Source: a virus (Duplodnaviria > Heunggongvirae > Uroviricota > Caudoviricetes). Taken from it: DNA of 30,682 nucleotides. The notes beneath the pieces are model-generated. The model was not told where the DNA came from, made no database searches, and saw nothing but the letters and a program-made list of their open reading frames with translations. The DNA lies in IMG/VR virus record IMGVR_UViG_2526164662_000036; one strand, written 5' to 3'. A program made the translations under genes and the position numbers. This document shows, piece by piece, positions 30,120-30,682 of the stretch; position 1 is the first letter of the stretch, and each line of letters opens with the position of its first letter.

Positions 30120-30295
30120 TCAGATTAAATTAATCTTGACATCATAGCTTTCAAGACCCGTCATTTTTTCCCGTGCGGTAAACTGAATACTGGTAACTTC
30201 TTTCCCGGTCTTTTTCTTAAGTTCAATAATTTTTTTGTTATATATTCAGAAATATCTGCTTCTGCTTTTGTTTTTAAGTTTTCAATATTCATCAT
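30120..30295 (-). pseudogene. gnsB: gnsB/gnsA-family gene interrupted by a frameshift in a homopolymeric A7 (plus-strand T7) tract
   Basis: Frame 0 gives MMNIENLKTKAEADISEYITKK then nonsense and an early stop; the adjacent frame after the A7 run at 30230-30236 gives IIELKKKTGKEVTSIQFTAREKMTGLESYDVKINLI, the conserved Gns C-terminus; AGAGGAA Shine-Dalgarno before the ATG ATG. Confidence 0.7.
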
Positions 30296-30463
30296 TTCCT
30301 CTTTTAGTCTGTTATGACTTTCCAGTTACACAGTAAGTCGATTATATGGTGCAAACGTGTAAAAGATAAGATGAAACATCGCAATAATCAACATACGATA
30401 GTCTAAATTTTACACAAACAGACAAAGAGAATTTTCCTGAATTATCAATACAATAGCATCAAA

Positions 30464-30682
30464 TCAACTCAAGAGCCTTATTGCTGCTTCCAGAATTTCT
30501 TCTGAAGTAACATGTCGATCCGCGGCTACATAAATGACTTTATGATCTCCGGTCAGAGATGGAAACCCTGCGGCCATTACAGTAAGGTGTGTTTTTTCGC
30601 CATTTGGATATTCACGCATGATGGTGTTAACTCCAGTCATCGCTGGCACTACCACTGCTGGTTCAGAGTTAAAAAAAACTAT
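30464..30682 (-). CDS. 3' end of an unidentified gene whose 5' part lies beyond the window edge
   Basis: The frame is open from the window end (…IVFFNSEPAVVVPAMTGVNTIMREYPNGEKTHLTVMAAGFPSLTGDHKVIYVAADRHVTSEEILEAAIRLLS); the track's 63-aa ORF begins at an internal GTG. Confidence 0.4.
   Translation of the reverse strand: MVFFNSEPAVVVPAMTGVNTIMREYPNGEKTHLTVMAAGFPSLTGDHKVIYVAADRHVTSEEILEAAIRLLS

Noticed and set aside
1-30682. CRISPR arrays, tRNA, rRNA, integrase and lysis genes
   Set aside because: No regularly spaced direct repeats, cloverleaf-compatible segments or rRNA-like sequence seen; integrase and lysis genes would lie outside this window in a lambda-like layout.

Overview
This window is the late (packaging, head, tail, tail-fibre) half of a lambda-like prophage from an Escherichia-type genome, encoded almost entirely on the minus strand. 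Reading right to left it runs: cos-like site, terminase small and large subunits (Nu1/A-like), W, portal, a ClpP-like protease/capsid fusion, DUF2190 head protein, FII-like, Z, U, V, G/T, tape measure H, M, L, K, I, J, lom, side tail fibre stf, tfa; then a PinQ/PinR-type serine recombinase, a YdfK/YnaE-like gene and a 5'-truncated MFS transporter (ydfJ-like) at the left edge. The tape-measure gene H is cleanly split by a 2,532-bp IS66-family element with an 8-bp target-site duplication. Right of cos lies a small accessory cluster (unknown 68-aa ORF, YdfO-like, a gnsB-like gene frameshifted at an A7 tract, and a gene cut by the window edge). I see no CRISPR array, tRNA or rRNA, and no clearly new multi-gene system; the notable points are the IS-inactivated but otherwise intact morphogenesis module, the gnsB frameshift, unannotated small ORFs and the cos/junction architecture. 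All protein identifications are by eye against recalled lambda and E. coli K-12 sequences and motifs; none is database-verified.
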